A stretch of 45,058 nucleotides of DNA from an uncultured Bdellovibrionales bacterium (lineage in GTDB: Bacteria; Patescibacteriota; Minisyncoccia; Moranbacterales; UBA2206): positions 2,059-47,116 of the forward strand of contig CAZVVG010000002.1 of NCBI GenBank assembly GCA_964630615.1, read 5' to 3'. Both the position numbers and the translations under genes were made by a program. Each line of letters opens with the position of its first letter. The first letter of the stretch is position 1. Below are positions 35,215 through 43,700 of this stretch, piece after piece. Under the pieces are notes generated by a model that had not been told where the DNA came from, did not search any database, and worked only from the letters and a program-made list of their open reading frames with translations.

Positions 35215-36795
35215 ATGTTCGATATTTTAATAAAAAACGCTTTAGTAGCGGACGGGACAGGTAAACCAATTTATTGGGCGGATGTGGGAATCAAAGAAGA
35301 ACGCATTGCCAAAATTGGAGACCTTAGCAATGAAAAAGGGGAAGAAGAAATTGAAGCTAACGAGCGGCTGCTTTGCCCAGGCTTCATAGATGTCAACAAT
35401 CACAGCGATACCTATTGGCGGATTTTTTCCAATCCAGACCTGGAAAGTCTGGTTTCTCAGGGAATTACAACCGTAATCGGCGGCAGTTGCGGCTCTTCTT
35501 TGGCTCCCTTGGCGAATATGGAAGCGATTTATTCTATTCAGAAATGGGGAAATATCAATCAAATCAATATTAACTGGCAAACTCTCAAGGAATTTCTAAA
35601 AACGGTGGAGAAGAAAAAACTGGCGCTTAACTTCGGGACCTTGGTGGGCCAGGGAACTTTGCGCCGGGGAGTGATGAAAGACGCTACGCGGATAGCCAGT
35701 CTGTCGGAATTTAATTCCCTAAAGAGTCTTTTGTCTCAATCCTTGAAAGAAGGGGCCTTGGGCTTGTCTTCAGGCTTGGTTTATGTTCATGAGCGGAAAG
35801 CTTCAATTGGTGAATTGGAAGAGCTCTTGAAAATTGTTAAAAAATATCAAGGCGTGTACGTAACGCACCTTCGCGACGAACGAAAAAATTTATTGGAAGC
35901 CCTGGAGGAAACTGTTGCCCTGGCGGACAAGGAGAAAATAAAATTGCATATTTCTCACTTGAAGGCTATGGAAAAAAGCAATTGGAAAAAGATGGATGAC
36001 GCCCTGGCGCTTGTTGACGAGACGATCAAAAGGGGGGTGGACATAACTTTTGACGTCTATCCTTATGATTTTACTGGTACGGTTCTTTATACCTTGCTTC
36101 CTTCCTGGATTTCCGAAGGAGGAAAAAAGATAATGCTCCAAAGACTCAAAGACCAAGAAATTAGAAAAAAAGTCGTCATTGATTTAAAAAGTTCCAAATT
36201 TGATTGGTCCAAAGTTGAAGTTTCTAAATCTTTCTTAAGCCGGGTTTTGGACAAGAAAAAGATTGCGGACATTGCTCGGGCTCAAGAAAAGAGCCCGGAA
36301 GAGGCGGTGATAGACATTTTGATTGCTTCGGAAGGAACCGTGGTTGTTTTCACGGAAAGCTTAAGCGAGAAAAATTTGGAAAAAGCTCTTGTTCATTCAG
36401 CCGCCATTGTGGCTTCTAACGGTTCAGGGTATAACCTAAAACACGCGGAAAGCGGAGAGAGGGTTCATCCCCGCAGCTTTGGAGCTTTCCCGCGAGTTTT
36501 TTCTCGCTATGTTCGGAAGAAAAAAATTCTCAGTTGGGAAGAGGCGGTAAAGAAAATGACTTCTCTGCCGGCCCAGAAATTTGGCCTGAAAAAAAGAGGC
36601 GAAATCAAAGAAGGCTTTTTTGCTGATCTGGCGCTTATTGATAGAAATAAGGTTGAAGATTTGTCGGACAAGGAAAGTCCTTACCGCTACAGTCAAGGAG
36701 TGGATCTGGTGGTGGTTAATGGTCACTTAACTCTCAAAGAAGGAAAAATCTTGTCTCCTCGCGAAGGAAAAGTCTTAATGCGCGAAGAACCATGA
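35215..36795 (+). CDS. N-acyl-D-amino-acid deacylase (D-aminoacylase) family amidohydrolase, with substituted active-site positions
   Basis: Family-typical N-terminus (DILIKNALVADGTG...ADVGIKEERIAKIGDL...PGFID) plus GGSCG, THLRDE, HISHLK and HPRSFGAFPRV. However, it has NNH where HxH is expected and SNG where SDG is expected. Confidence 0.8.
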   Translation: MFDILIKNALVADGTGKPIYWADVGIKEERIAKIGDLSNEKGEEEIEANERLLCPGFIDVNNHSDTYWRIFSNPDLESLVSQGITTVIGGSCGSSLAPLANMEAIYSIQKWGNINQININWQTLKEFLKTVEKKKLALNFGTLVGQGTLRRGVMKDATRIASLSEFNSLKSLLSQSLKEGALGLSSGLVYVHERKASIGELEELLKIVKKYQGVYVTHLRDERKNLLEALEETVALADKEKIKLHISHLKAMEKSNWKKMDDALALVDETIKRGVDITFDVYPYDFTGTVLYTLLPSWISEGGKKIMLQRLKDQEIRKKVVIDLKSSKFDWSKVEVSKSFLSRVLDKKKIADIARAQEKSPEEAVIDILIASEGTVVVFTESLSEKNLEKALVHSAAIVASNGSGYNLKHAESGERVHPRSFGAFPRVFSRYVRKKKILSWEEAVKKMTSLPAQKFGLKKRGEIKEGFFADLALIDRNKVEDLSDKESPYRYSQGVDLVVVNGHLTLKEGKILSPREGKVLMREEP

Positions 36796-38201
36796 AAATT
36801 GAAGAATTACGAGGAAAAAAAATTACCGTGATGGGTCTGGGACTCTTGGGAGGTGGCGTAGGCAATATCCGGTTTCTGCACGCAGCCGGAGCTAAAATCT
36901 TGGTAACCGATTTGAAATCAAGGGAAGAACTCTCTGAATCTCTCAAGGCGCTTAAGGATCTGAAAGGAATCGAATATGTTTTAGGCCAACACCGAGTGGA
37001 AGATTTTGGAAAAGCCGATCTAATCCTCAAAACCCCCTTTGCTCAGTGGGAGGAAAATAAGTATGTAAAAATAGCGCTGGATAAAAAAATTCCGGTAGAA
37101 ATGGACTCCAGTCTTTTTTTTAAGCTTTGTAAAAATAAAATTATCGGGGTGACTGGGACTAAGGGCAAGACCACGACCGCCTCTCTGATCTTTGAGATTC
37201 TTAAAAAAGCCGGAAAAAAACCGGTTCCCGTTGGGGTGGGGCAAGTTTCTGTTTTGGATAAGTTGGGAAAGTTAGAGAAAGAGAGCTGGGTGGTTTTCGA
37301 ACTTTCCAGCTGGAGGTTAAGTGGCTTAAGACGAAACCAGCTCAGTCCGCAAATCGCCGTTTTGACCAATCTTTATCCCGATCACCTAAATTATTACAAA
37401 AAAATGGAGGACTACATTCTTGATAAAAAGGGAATTTTTGCTTGTCAAAAGCCGGGTGATTTTTGTATTATTAATTGGGACGACGAGACTTTGAAGCAGT
37501 GGGAAGCGGAAATTAACTCTCAAATCATAAAAATTTCTCAGCAAAAAATAGAACGGGGCAAGGCGGTTTGTATTGAAGACGGAATAATTCTTCTCAAAGA
37601 CGGAATTGATGAAAGAAAAATCCTGGAAATTGAAAAAATTAAACTCAAGGGAAGACACAATCTTTCTAATATCTTGGCCGCTATTGGAGCTTCTTTCGCG
37701 GCCGGAGTGAGTCTGGAAAAAATTCGAGAAGCCGTTTTGGAACTTCGAACACTGCCGGCCCATCGCCTGGAATTGGTTCGGGAATTAAACGGGGTGAAAT
37801 ATTACAATGATACCGCTTCTACTACTCCGGAAAGCACGGTTTCCGGCATTAATTCTTTTGAAGAGCCGATTATTTTAATTTGCGGCGGGGCGGACAAAAA
37901 CCTGGATATGTCGCTTTTGACTGAAACCATCTGTCGTCAGGTCAAGGGAGCGGTTTTTCTGGAAGGCAAGGCTACCGAAAAAATTCTTTCTTTTATGGGT
38001 AAATTTTTCGGGCAAGGAGTGGATGAAAAAAAATTTCCGGTCGTCGGCTCGGTGGAAAAAGCCCTAGAATTAGCCTGTGGTTCGGCGGAAAAGGGAGACG
38101 TGGTTCTTTTTTCTCCGGGTGCCGCCAGTTTTGGGCTTTTTGCCAATGAATTTGAAAGGGGAAACAAATTTAAAGAAGCGGTGATGAAATTGAAATCCTA
38201 G
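36792..38201 (+). CDS. murD: UDP-N-acetylmuramoyl-L-alanine--D-glutamate ligase
   Basis: GLGLLGGGVG Rossmann motif and GVTGTKGKTTT P-loop. The ATG overlaps the stop of the upstream gene (ATGA). Confidence 0.93.
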   Translation: MKIEELRGKKITVMGLGLLGGGVGNIRFLHAAGAKILVTDLKSREELSESLKALKDLKGIEYVLGQHRVEDFGKADLILKTPFAQWEENKYVKIALDKKIPVEMDSSLFFKLCKNKIIGVTGTKGKTTTASLIFEILKKAGKKPVPVGVGQVSVLDKLGKLEKESWVVFELSSWRLSGLRRNQLSPQIAVLTNLYPDHLNYYKKMEDYILDKKGIFACQKPGDFCIINWDDETLKQWEAEINSQIIKISQQKIERGKAVCIEDGIILLKDGIDERKILEIEKIKLKGRHNLSNILAAIGASFAAGVSLEKIREAVLELRTLPAHRLELVRELNGVKYYNDTASTTPESTVSGINSFEEPIILICGGADKNLDMSLLTETICRQVKGAVFLEGKATEKILSFMGKFFGQGVDEKKFPVVGSVEKALELACGSAEKGDVVLFSPGAASFGLFANEFERGNKFKEAVMKLKS

Positions 38202-38241
38202 ACAGGGATTTTTGTTTTTGCTAAAATAAACCACTGTTTTT

Positions 38242-38314
38242 GGGCCTGTAGCTTAGTTGGTAGAGCACCTCGTTTGCAACGAGGGGGTCAGCGGTTCAAG
38301 TCCGCTCAGGTCCA
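38242..38314 (+). tRNA. tRNA-Ala (anticodon UGC)
   Basis: Manual cloverleaf. The acceptor gggcctg pairs with caggtcc and includes the G3:U70 alanine identity pair. The anticodon arm is cctcg-tttgcaa-cgagg (TGC) and the T-arm is agcgg-ttcaagt-ccgct. No CCA is encoded. Confidence 0.93.
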
Positions 38315-38320
38315 CTCGTA

Positions 38321-38356
38321 CTTGACATATTCCTTGACATATTCCTTGACAAATTC
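38321..38356 (+). repeat. 12-mer array A: 3 contiguous units (cttgacatattc x2, cttgacaaattc), 6 nt after the tRNA-Ala 3' end
   Basis: Read directly. Confidence 0.9.
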
Positions 38357-38412
38357 AGGTTCGGTCTTGGTTTCTAGGGCTGATTTATTCTTCCCAGTCC
38401 ATATCCCACATT

Positions 38413-38440
38413 TTGACGAATCAAATGTTTAAGATATAAT
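38413..38440 (+). promoter_or_regulatory. Candidate promoter for the membrane protein gene
   Basis: TTGACG, 16 nt, TATAAT. Confidence 0.4.
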
Positions 38441-38509
38441 ATACTAGCTGAAATAAATAAATTCTTTTCAAAAAGGTACCGAAAAATTATTTGGGTAAAG
38501 TAATTTTTT

Positions 38510-39328
38510 TTGAAAAATATTAAAAAAAATAAAAAAATCGACCTCCTGATACTTATATTCATTCCGATACTGACTGCTTTTGTGTTGCTGTTTTATCGAG
38601 AAAACTTTCTGATCTCCACAATTTTATTTTTTGGAACCCCGTCTTTATATTTGGCGGTCAGACACAAAAAAGCCCTAAAAAAGACTTTTATTTTCTCCCT
38701 GCTTTTTTCCGTGCCACTCACATTCATATTTGATTATCTTATAGCCAAAGATAAAGGCTGGCATATTGTAAGTTCAATTTTACCTTTTAGAATTTTTGGT
38801 ATTGTTGCCTTCGAGCAATTTATTTGGGCGTTTTTGTGGGTTTTCTATATTGTAATTTTCTATGAGTATTTTTTAGATAAGCAAGAAAAACGGTCGATTT
38901 TTTCATTTTTATTTACCAAGAGCGAAACTATAACTAGGCCGATGGAATATTTTGCGCTCGTTCTGTTTACGTTATTATTATTTTTTACTTTTTTTGCCTT
39001 TTTTTGCCCAACATATTTGAAAATCGATTATGCCTATTTAGTGCTCGGTACAATATTCGGAATAATTCCGCTGTCAATTTTCCTTTTCAAATTCCCAAAC
39101 TTTTCTGTCAGATTTTTAAAAGCCACCTTTTATTTCTTTTTCCTTGCTTTAATCATTGAATATGTTGGGTTGAAATTAAATCACTGGATTTTCCCCGGAA
39201 GCAATTTTATTGGAGTTGAAAATTTTTTTGGGTTCATGATTCCTTATGAAGAAATTATGATTTATTTCGTTTTATCAACCCCCATTGTTCTGTCATATTA
39301 TGAATTTTTTGACGACGACAGGCGGTAA
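38510..39328 (+). CDS. Polytopic membrane protein, possibly lycopene-cyclase-domain family (tentative)
   Basis: TTG start and about 7-8 TM segments. Two internally similar halves carry VAFEQFIW and IPYEEIMIY, which resemble the PxEE-type motif of CrtYc/Yd-like domains. The family call is weak. Confidence 0.7.
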   Translation: MKNIKKNKKIDLLILIFIPILTAFVLLFYRENFLISTILFFGTPSLYLAVRHKKALKKTFIFSLLFSVPLTFIFDYLIAKDKGWHIVSSILPFRIFGIVAFEQFIWAFLWVFYIVIFYEYFLDKQEKRSIFSFLFTKSETITRPMEYFALVLFTLLLFFTFFAFFCPTYLKIDYAYLVLGTIFGIIPLSIFLFKFPNFSVRFLKATFYFFFLALIIEYVGLKLNHWIFPGSNFIGVENFFGFMIPYEEIMIYFVLSTPIVLSYYEFFDDDRR

Positions 39329-39477
39329 GGATAATTTTGCCTATAAATAATCTCGCTATCACTCAGAACCCATTTGCATCAGCTAACACGGCTTAAAAGG
39401 AAAAACTCGTTATAAAAAAGACTAACCGTCGCAAGAGGGGAAAGCAGAGAATAATAAAAAAGGCATAGGTTTCTGCT

Positions 39478-40221
39478 CTATTTTCCGGGTGAGGGCTTTG
39501 CATCTGGATAAAAAAAATAATAATCCCGATAACTGGTCAAGAAATTTTTTAGGTCTTTTTTAATTTTTGCAGCCGCTTGAGTGTTTAGGGGTTGGTTTTT
39601 GTATCTCCTTCGGAAATTAACCGCCCGTTCCACTGTGTCAGCAAATTTGAAATTTGGAAAATGTTGTCTGATTTTTTGAGGTAGTGCCTCTTTTTTAATT
39701 AGGATGCCCTGACTAATCAGCATGGCGTCGGCCATGTTGATGATGTAGCCGACTTGGTTCTTTGGTTTTCTCTTGAAAATATTCCATTGGGGATCCATAT
39801 TGGTTGCGTGCAAATAATTCATTCTTAATTCCGTTTCAAGATCCCGTTTCAATATCTCCCGCACATTAATATTTTTATGAATCTGTTGGCCAAAGAGCAG
39901 TTTGCTTTTTTTGGCTAACTTAATCAAATCTAAATTACCAATGAAACGATAACTCTGGTTTTTTCTGAGCCGTTTGAGAAACTCCGGATAGGACCAGAAA
40001 TGATATTTTATTTCTAAGTGCTTTAATGGAACGGCCTGCTGAAAGTCTATTTTAACTGCTCCCTTTTCCTTTAAAATTATCAAGAGGTCGTAATCACTCC
40101 ATCCGGCAAGATTTTCACCAGACCCAAAGCTACCAGTAGCGTAAAGAGAGACAATATTATTTTTTAGATATTTTTTAGCAATTCTAACAATGCCGGCTTC
40201 AATTTTTTTTATTTCCATCAA
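39478..40221 (-). CDS. Pol-beta-superfamily nucleotidyltransferase with a helical C-terminal domain (ANT/KNTase-like or MNT-HEPN-like fusion)
   Basis: The NTase signature YATGSFGSGENLAGWSDYDLLII fits G[SG]x9-13DxD. The C-terminal helical region contains an Rx4H string (RMNYLH). Confidence 0.8.
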   Translation of the reverse strand: MMEIKKIEAGIVRIAKKYLKNNIVSLYATGSFGSGENLAGWSDYDLLIILKEKGAVKIDFQQAVPLKHLEIKYHFWSYPEFLKRLRKNQSYRFIGNLDLIKLAKKSKLLFGQQIHKNINVREILKRDLETELRMNYLHATNMDPQWNIFKRKPKNQVGYIINMADAMLISQGILIKKEALPQKIRQHFPNFKFADTVERAVNFRRRYKNQPLNTQAAAKIKKDLKNFLTSYRDYYFFYPDAKPSPGK

Positions 40222-40443
40222 TTTTAAAGTGTGACAAATTTATTAATCTTTAGGCAAGCTAAATTTATTTTTTCAGGACTCGGAACCTTTTGGGACAATC
40301 CGGGACTTGAGCGAAATTACAAGGGCCTTCTTTGATTTTATCAAGAAAAAGCATCAACTCCAAATATGGGGGAAGAGTTAATATGCCTGAAAAGGAGTGC
40401 TAAGACTAGGTCTGTTTTTTCTTACCTCTTTGATTTTCTTTCC

Positions 40444-40523
40444 GGTTCCAACCAATTCCCCTGAGGGGTACGCGCTCTTGACAAATCCCTTGACATATTC
40501 ACCTCGTCTTACTTGACAAATCT
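40444..40523 (+). repeat. Module B: GGTTCCAACC motif, cccctgagggg hairpin, then 12-mer array B (cttgacaaatcc, cttgacatattc, 11-nt spacer, cttgacaaatct)
   Basis: Read directly. 40489-40524 matches 44452-44487 with 4 mismatches in 36 nt. Confidence 0.85.
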
Positions 40524-40534
40524 CTCTAAAACTA

Positions 40535-40562
40535 CAGAACTTTCACCGAGTTCTGTTTTTTT
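40535..40562 (+). terminator. Hairpin plus T-run (cagaact ttcaccg agttctg TTTTTTT) closing module B
   Basis: 7-bp perfect stem and 7 T. The stem is identical to the hairpin at 44511-44531. Confidence 0.6.
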
Positions 40563-40613
40563 GCCGGCTAACATCCCGAAACATACCCCCCAAGCTTTTC
40601 CCTAGTCTCCAAT

Positions 40614-40642
40614 TTGGAAAACCCAGCTTTTCAAGGTAAAAT
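40614..40642 (+). promoter_or_regulatory. Candidate promoter of the giant gene
   Basis: TTGGAA, 17 nt, TAAAAT, about 65 nt upstream of the ATG. Confidence 0.35.
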
Positions 40643-40706
40643 AGAGTCAATAAGCTCCAGCCGATAAATCATCAGAATAATTAAATTTTTTAATTAAAAC
40701 ACAACT

Positions 40707-43700
40707 ATGACAGAACAATTTAAGAAATTTGATTTTTCCAAACCCGAAGACCAAAAAGAGTTTAACGCCCTGGAGGCTCAAAAAAAGGCAGAAGTAAGAA
40801 AAGGAGCCGAAGAAGAAGCGGCCAAAGAAGGAATGCTAAAGCGTTTATCCGAAGGTAGTATTTATTCTTCCATACGAATCAAAGATGAATTCAAGCTGCC
40901 GGAAGACTTTGTCCAATCAGCTGAAGTCCAATCAGCAGCCAAAGAAGGAATGCAAAAGTGTTTATCCCGAGGCTATTCTGATTATGCCATACGAATCAAA
41001 GACGAATTCAAGCTGCCGGAAGACTTTGTCCAATCAGCGGTCAAAGAAGGAATGCAAAAGTGTTTATCCCGAGGCTATCTTAGCGATGCCATACGAATCA
41101 AAGACGAATTCAGGCTGCCGGAAGACTTTGTCCAGTTAACCGAAGTCCTCTCAGCGGCCAAAGAAGGAATGCAAAAGCTTTTATCCCAAGGCCATTCTGA
41201 TTATGCCATAGAAATCAAGGACCACTTCAAGTTGCCGGAAGACTTTGTCCAATCAGCTGAAGTCCAATCAGCAGCCAAAGAAGGAATGCTAAAGTGTTTT
41301 TCCCGAGGCTATCTTAGTGATGCTATAAAAATCAAAAACCACTTCAAGCTGCCGGAAGACTTTGTCCAGTCAACCGAAGTCCAATCAGCGGCCAAAGAAG
41401 AAATGCTAGAGCGTTTATCCAAAGGCTATATTAGCGATGCCATAGAAATCAAGGACCACTTCAAGCTGCCGGAAGACTTTGTCAAGCCAGCAGCCGAAGA
41501 AGGAATGCTAAAGCGTTTATCCGAAGGCTATCTTAGCGATGCCATACAAATCAAGGACCACTTCAAACTGCCGGAAGACTTTTTCCAGTCAGTCGTAAAA
41601 GAAGAAATACTAAAGCGTTTATCCCGAGGCGATATTGGTTCTGCCATACGAATCAAAGACGAATTCAAGCCGCCGGAAGACTTTGTCCAATCAGCTGAAG
41701 TCCAATCAACCGCCAAAGAAGTAATGCAAAAGTGTTTATCCCGAGGCGATATTGATTATTTCATAAAAATAAAAGACCACTTCAAGCTGCCGGAAGACTT
41801 TGTCCAGTCATCGGCCAAAGAAGGAATGCTAGATCGTTTATCCCAAGGCTCTATTAATTCCGCCATAGAAATCAAAGACCGATTCAATATCAACATACCT
41901 CAGAGCATTCTATTTCAAGAACTTCCCAAACTTCAAGAATTGGTAAACGAAATAGAGAATCTGGCGCCAGGGTTTAATTTCCAAGTGCAAAAGTCCAGCG
42001 ACTTAGCGATAGAGCTATGTCGTTTTCTAAATGATCCGGATCAAATGATAGACAACGTCCGAGAAAATCCCTTCCTGATCGATGCGCTGACTCGCAACTC
42101 CCGTTTTTCCGCCCGTCTCTTGGTTAAATATCAGGAATTTGACACTCTTTCCCAAGAGAATATCAAGAAACTTTATTCCGCCAAAGAGAAAATCCTGGCC
42201 GCTCATCTGGAAATAGATCCAGAATCCCTGGAATTCCGTCAATTAATTCAGGAGGAATTAAGAGAATACAAAAACAATCCGGAAATAGTCGAGGAAATCA
42301 AAGAGCAGGAGATCAATCTGGAAGAATGGCTCAATTATTCAGAAACCAGCTATTTCAATCTGTCCACCGGCGGAAGTGAAGTCGCTTTCTCGGAAAAAAT
42401 CCATACACCGATCGAGAGGATCAAGGAGACAATCGACAGCTACGCCTATACGCTAAAATCAGTCTTAAAAGAATATCGGCCGGAAATGGAAAAGTTTGAA
42501 ATTATTCTGGAAGACGCCAAGTCGATAGCCGACCAAATAGCCAAAATGGAAGCGGCTTTGAATCAGGCCCGAACTGAGGGCAATGAGAAAAAAGCCCAAG
42601 GCATTGAAAGAGGATTGGCTTCGCAAAAAGAAAAGCTCAACAACTTGAAAAAAGGCTTTCTCTGGGACAAGCTTATGGGTGAAATCGCCGCTTTTCAGCG
42701 ATTGAAAAACGATTGCTTTGACGCGCAAAACAGATTGCTGGAAGCGGAAAACAAATTGGACGAAGCTTTGTCTGGAAAAACACCGTCCGGGAAAATGATC
42801 CAGGATATCAAACAGAAGATAACCCAATCCAAAGAAGAGCTGCGCAATAAATTCAGCGATCTGGAAAAAAGAATCGAGGATTTCAAGACCGAACTGCCGG
42901 GATTGATCTCACCTTGCCTGAGCGCTATCCGAACGGAGGCGCTGCTTCAGGAAATCAATCAAAAAATGGCCGAACAATTCAATCACTTTGATACGGATCG
43001 GACCGATTTAGCTAATCTTTTTTCCGAGCGCGGCGACAAAGAAACCGCGCAACTGGAATCCCGCCCGATGAGCATCTTCGTTTGGGCCAGAAACCCGGAC
43101 ATCGATCTTTATCAAGGCAATTACTCGCCCTGCTGCATTTGCATAGACAGCGCGCATATGGGTGCCGAGTCAACAATCGCCGACTACAATACCGATCTGG
43201 GTGTGCAAATTGTAAACATCTGGGATGAAACCAAAAATGAACCGGTAACCGCCGCCTGGTGCTGGTTAGGGGAGAACGAAAAAGGCGAAACCGCGCTGGT
43301 AGTAGACAATATTGAGTCCAATACGCTATATAGCTTAAACTTTTCCGAGCAATTAACCAAAGAGCTATTCGACTATATCAAAGAATATGCTCAAAAAATT
43401 GGCGCGGATAAAGTAGTTTTAGGCAAAGATAATAATGATTTGCCAACCGGCAGTGAATTGGCCAGGATGCCGGAAGATGGAAATAGCTATGAAAAAATCG
43501 GCGGCAGCAATCGCGCTGACGGCTATTTTTTGGAAGCAGAGGGGAGAAGTGTTAAATCAGTTTGGGAACGAACAAAAAAGCGAACAGAGAAAAAACCCAA
43601 AACGGAAAAACGAATCAAAAAAATTGTCTTTAACAATTTGACAACGACGATAATCAAGGAGAATAACTTAAGCCAGATTTTACAAGCGGAAAGAAAAATC

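Noticed and set aside
36792-36795. The ATGA overlap of the deacylase-like gene and murD as a frameshift or fusion
   Set aside because: Four-nucleotide stop/start overlaps are ordinary translational coupling, and both proteins are full length.
38321-38356. The 12-nt repeat arrays as a CRISPR array or as stacked promoters
   Set aside because: The units are contiguous with no spacers and are far shorter than CRISPR repeats, and there are no cas genes. Although each unit contains TTGACA, no -10 hexamer lies 16-18 nt downstream of any unit.
38374-38562. 62-aa minus-strand ORF across the promoter region of the membrane protein gene
   Set aside because: It covers the candidate promoter and the 5' end of the plus-strand gene, and its translation is AT-rich low complexity.
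40885-41139. 84-aa alternative-frame ORF inside the tandem repeats of the giant gene
   Set aside because: It is an artefact of the repeat periodicity: the same off-frame peptide (CRKTLSNQ...KKECKSVYPEAIL) simply recurs. The main frame is open for 1147 codons.
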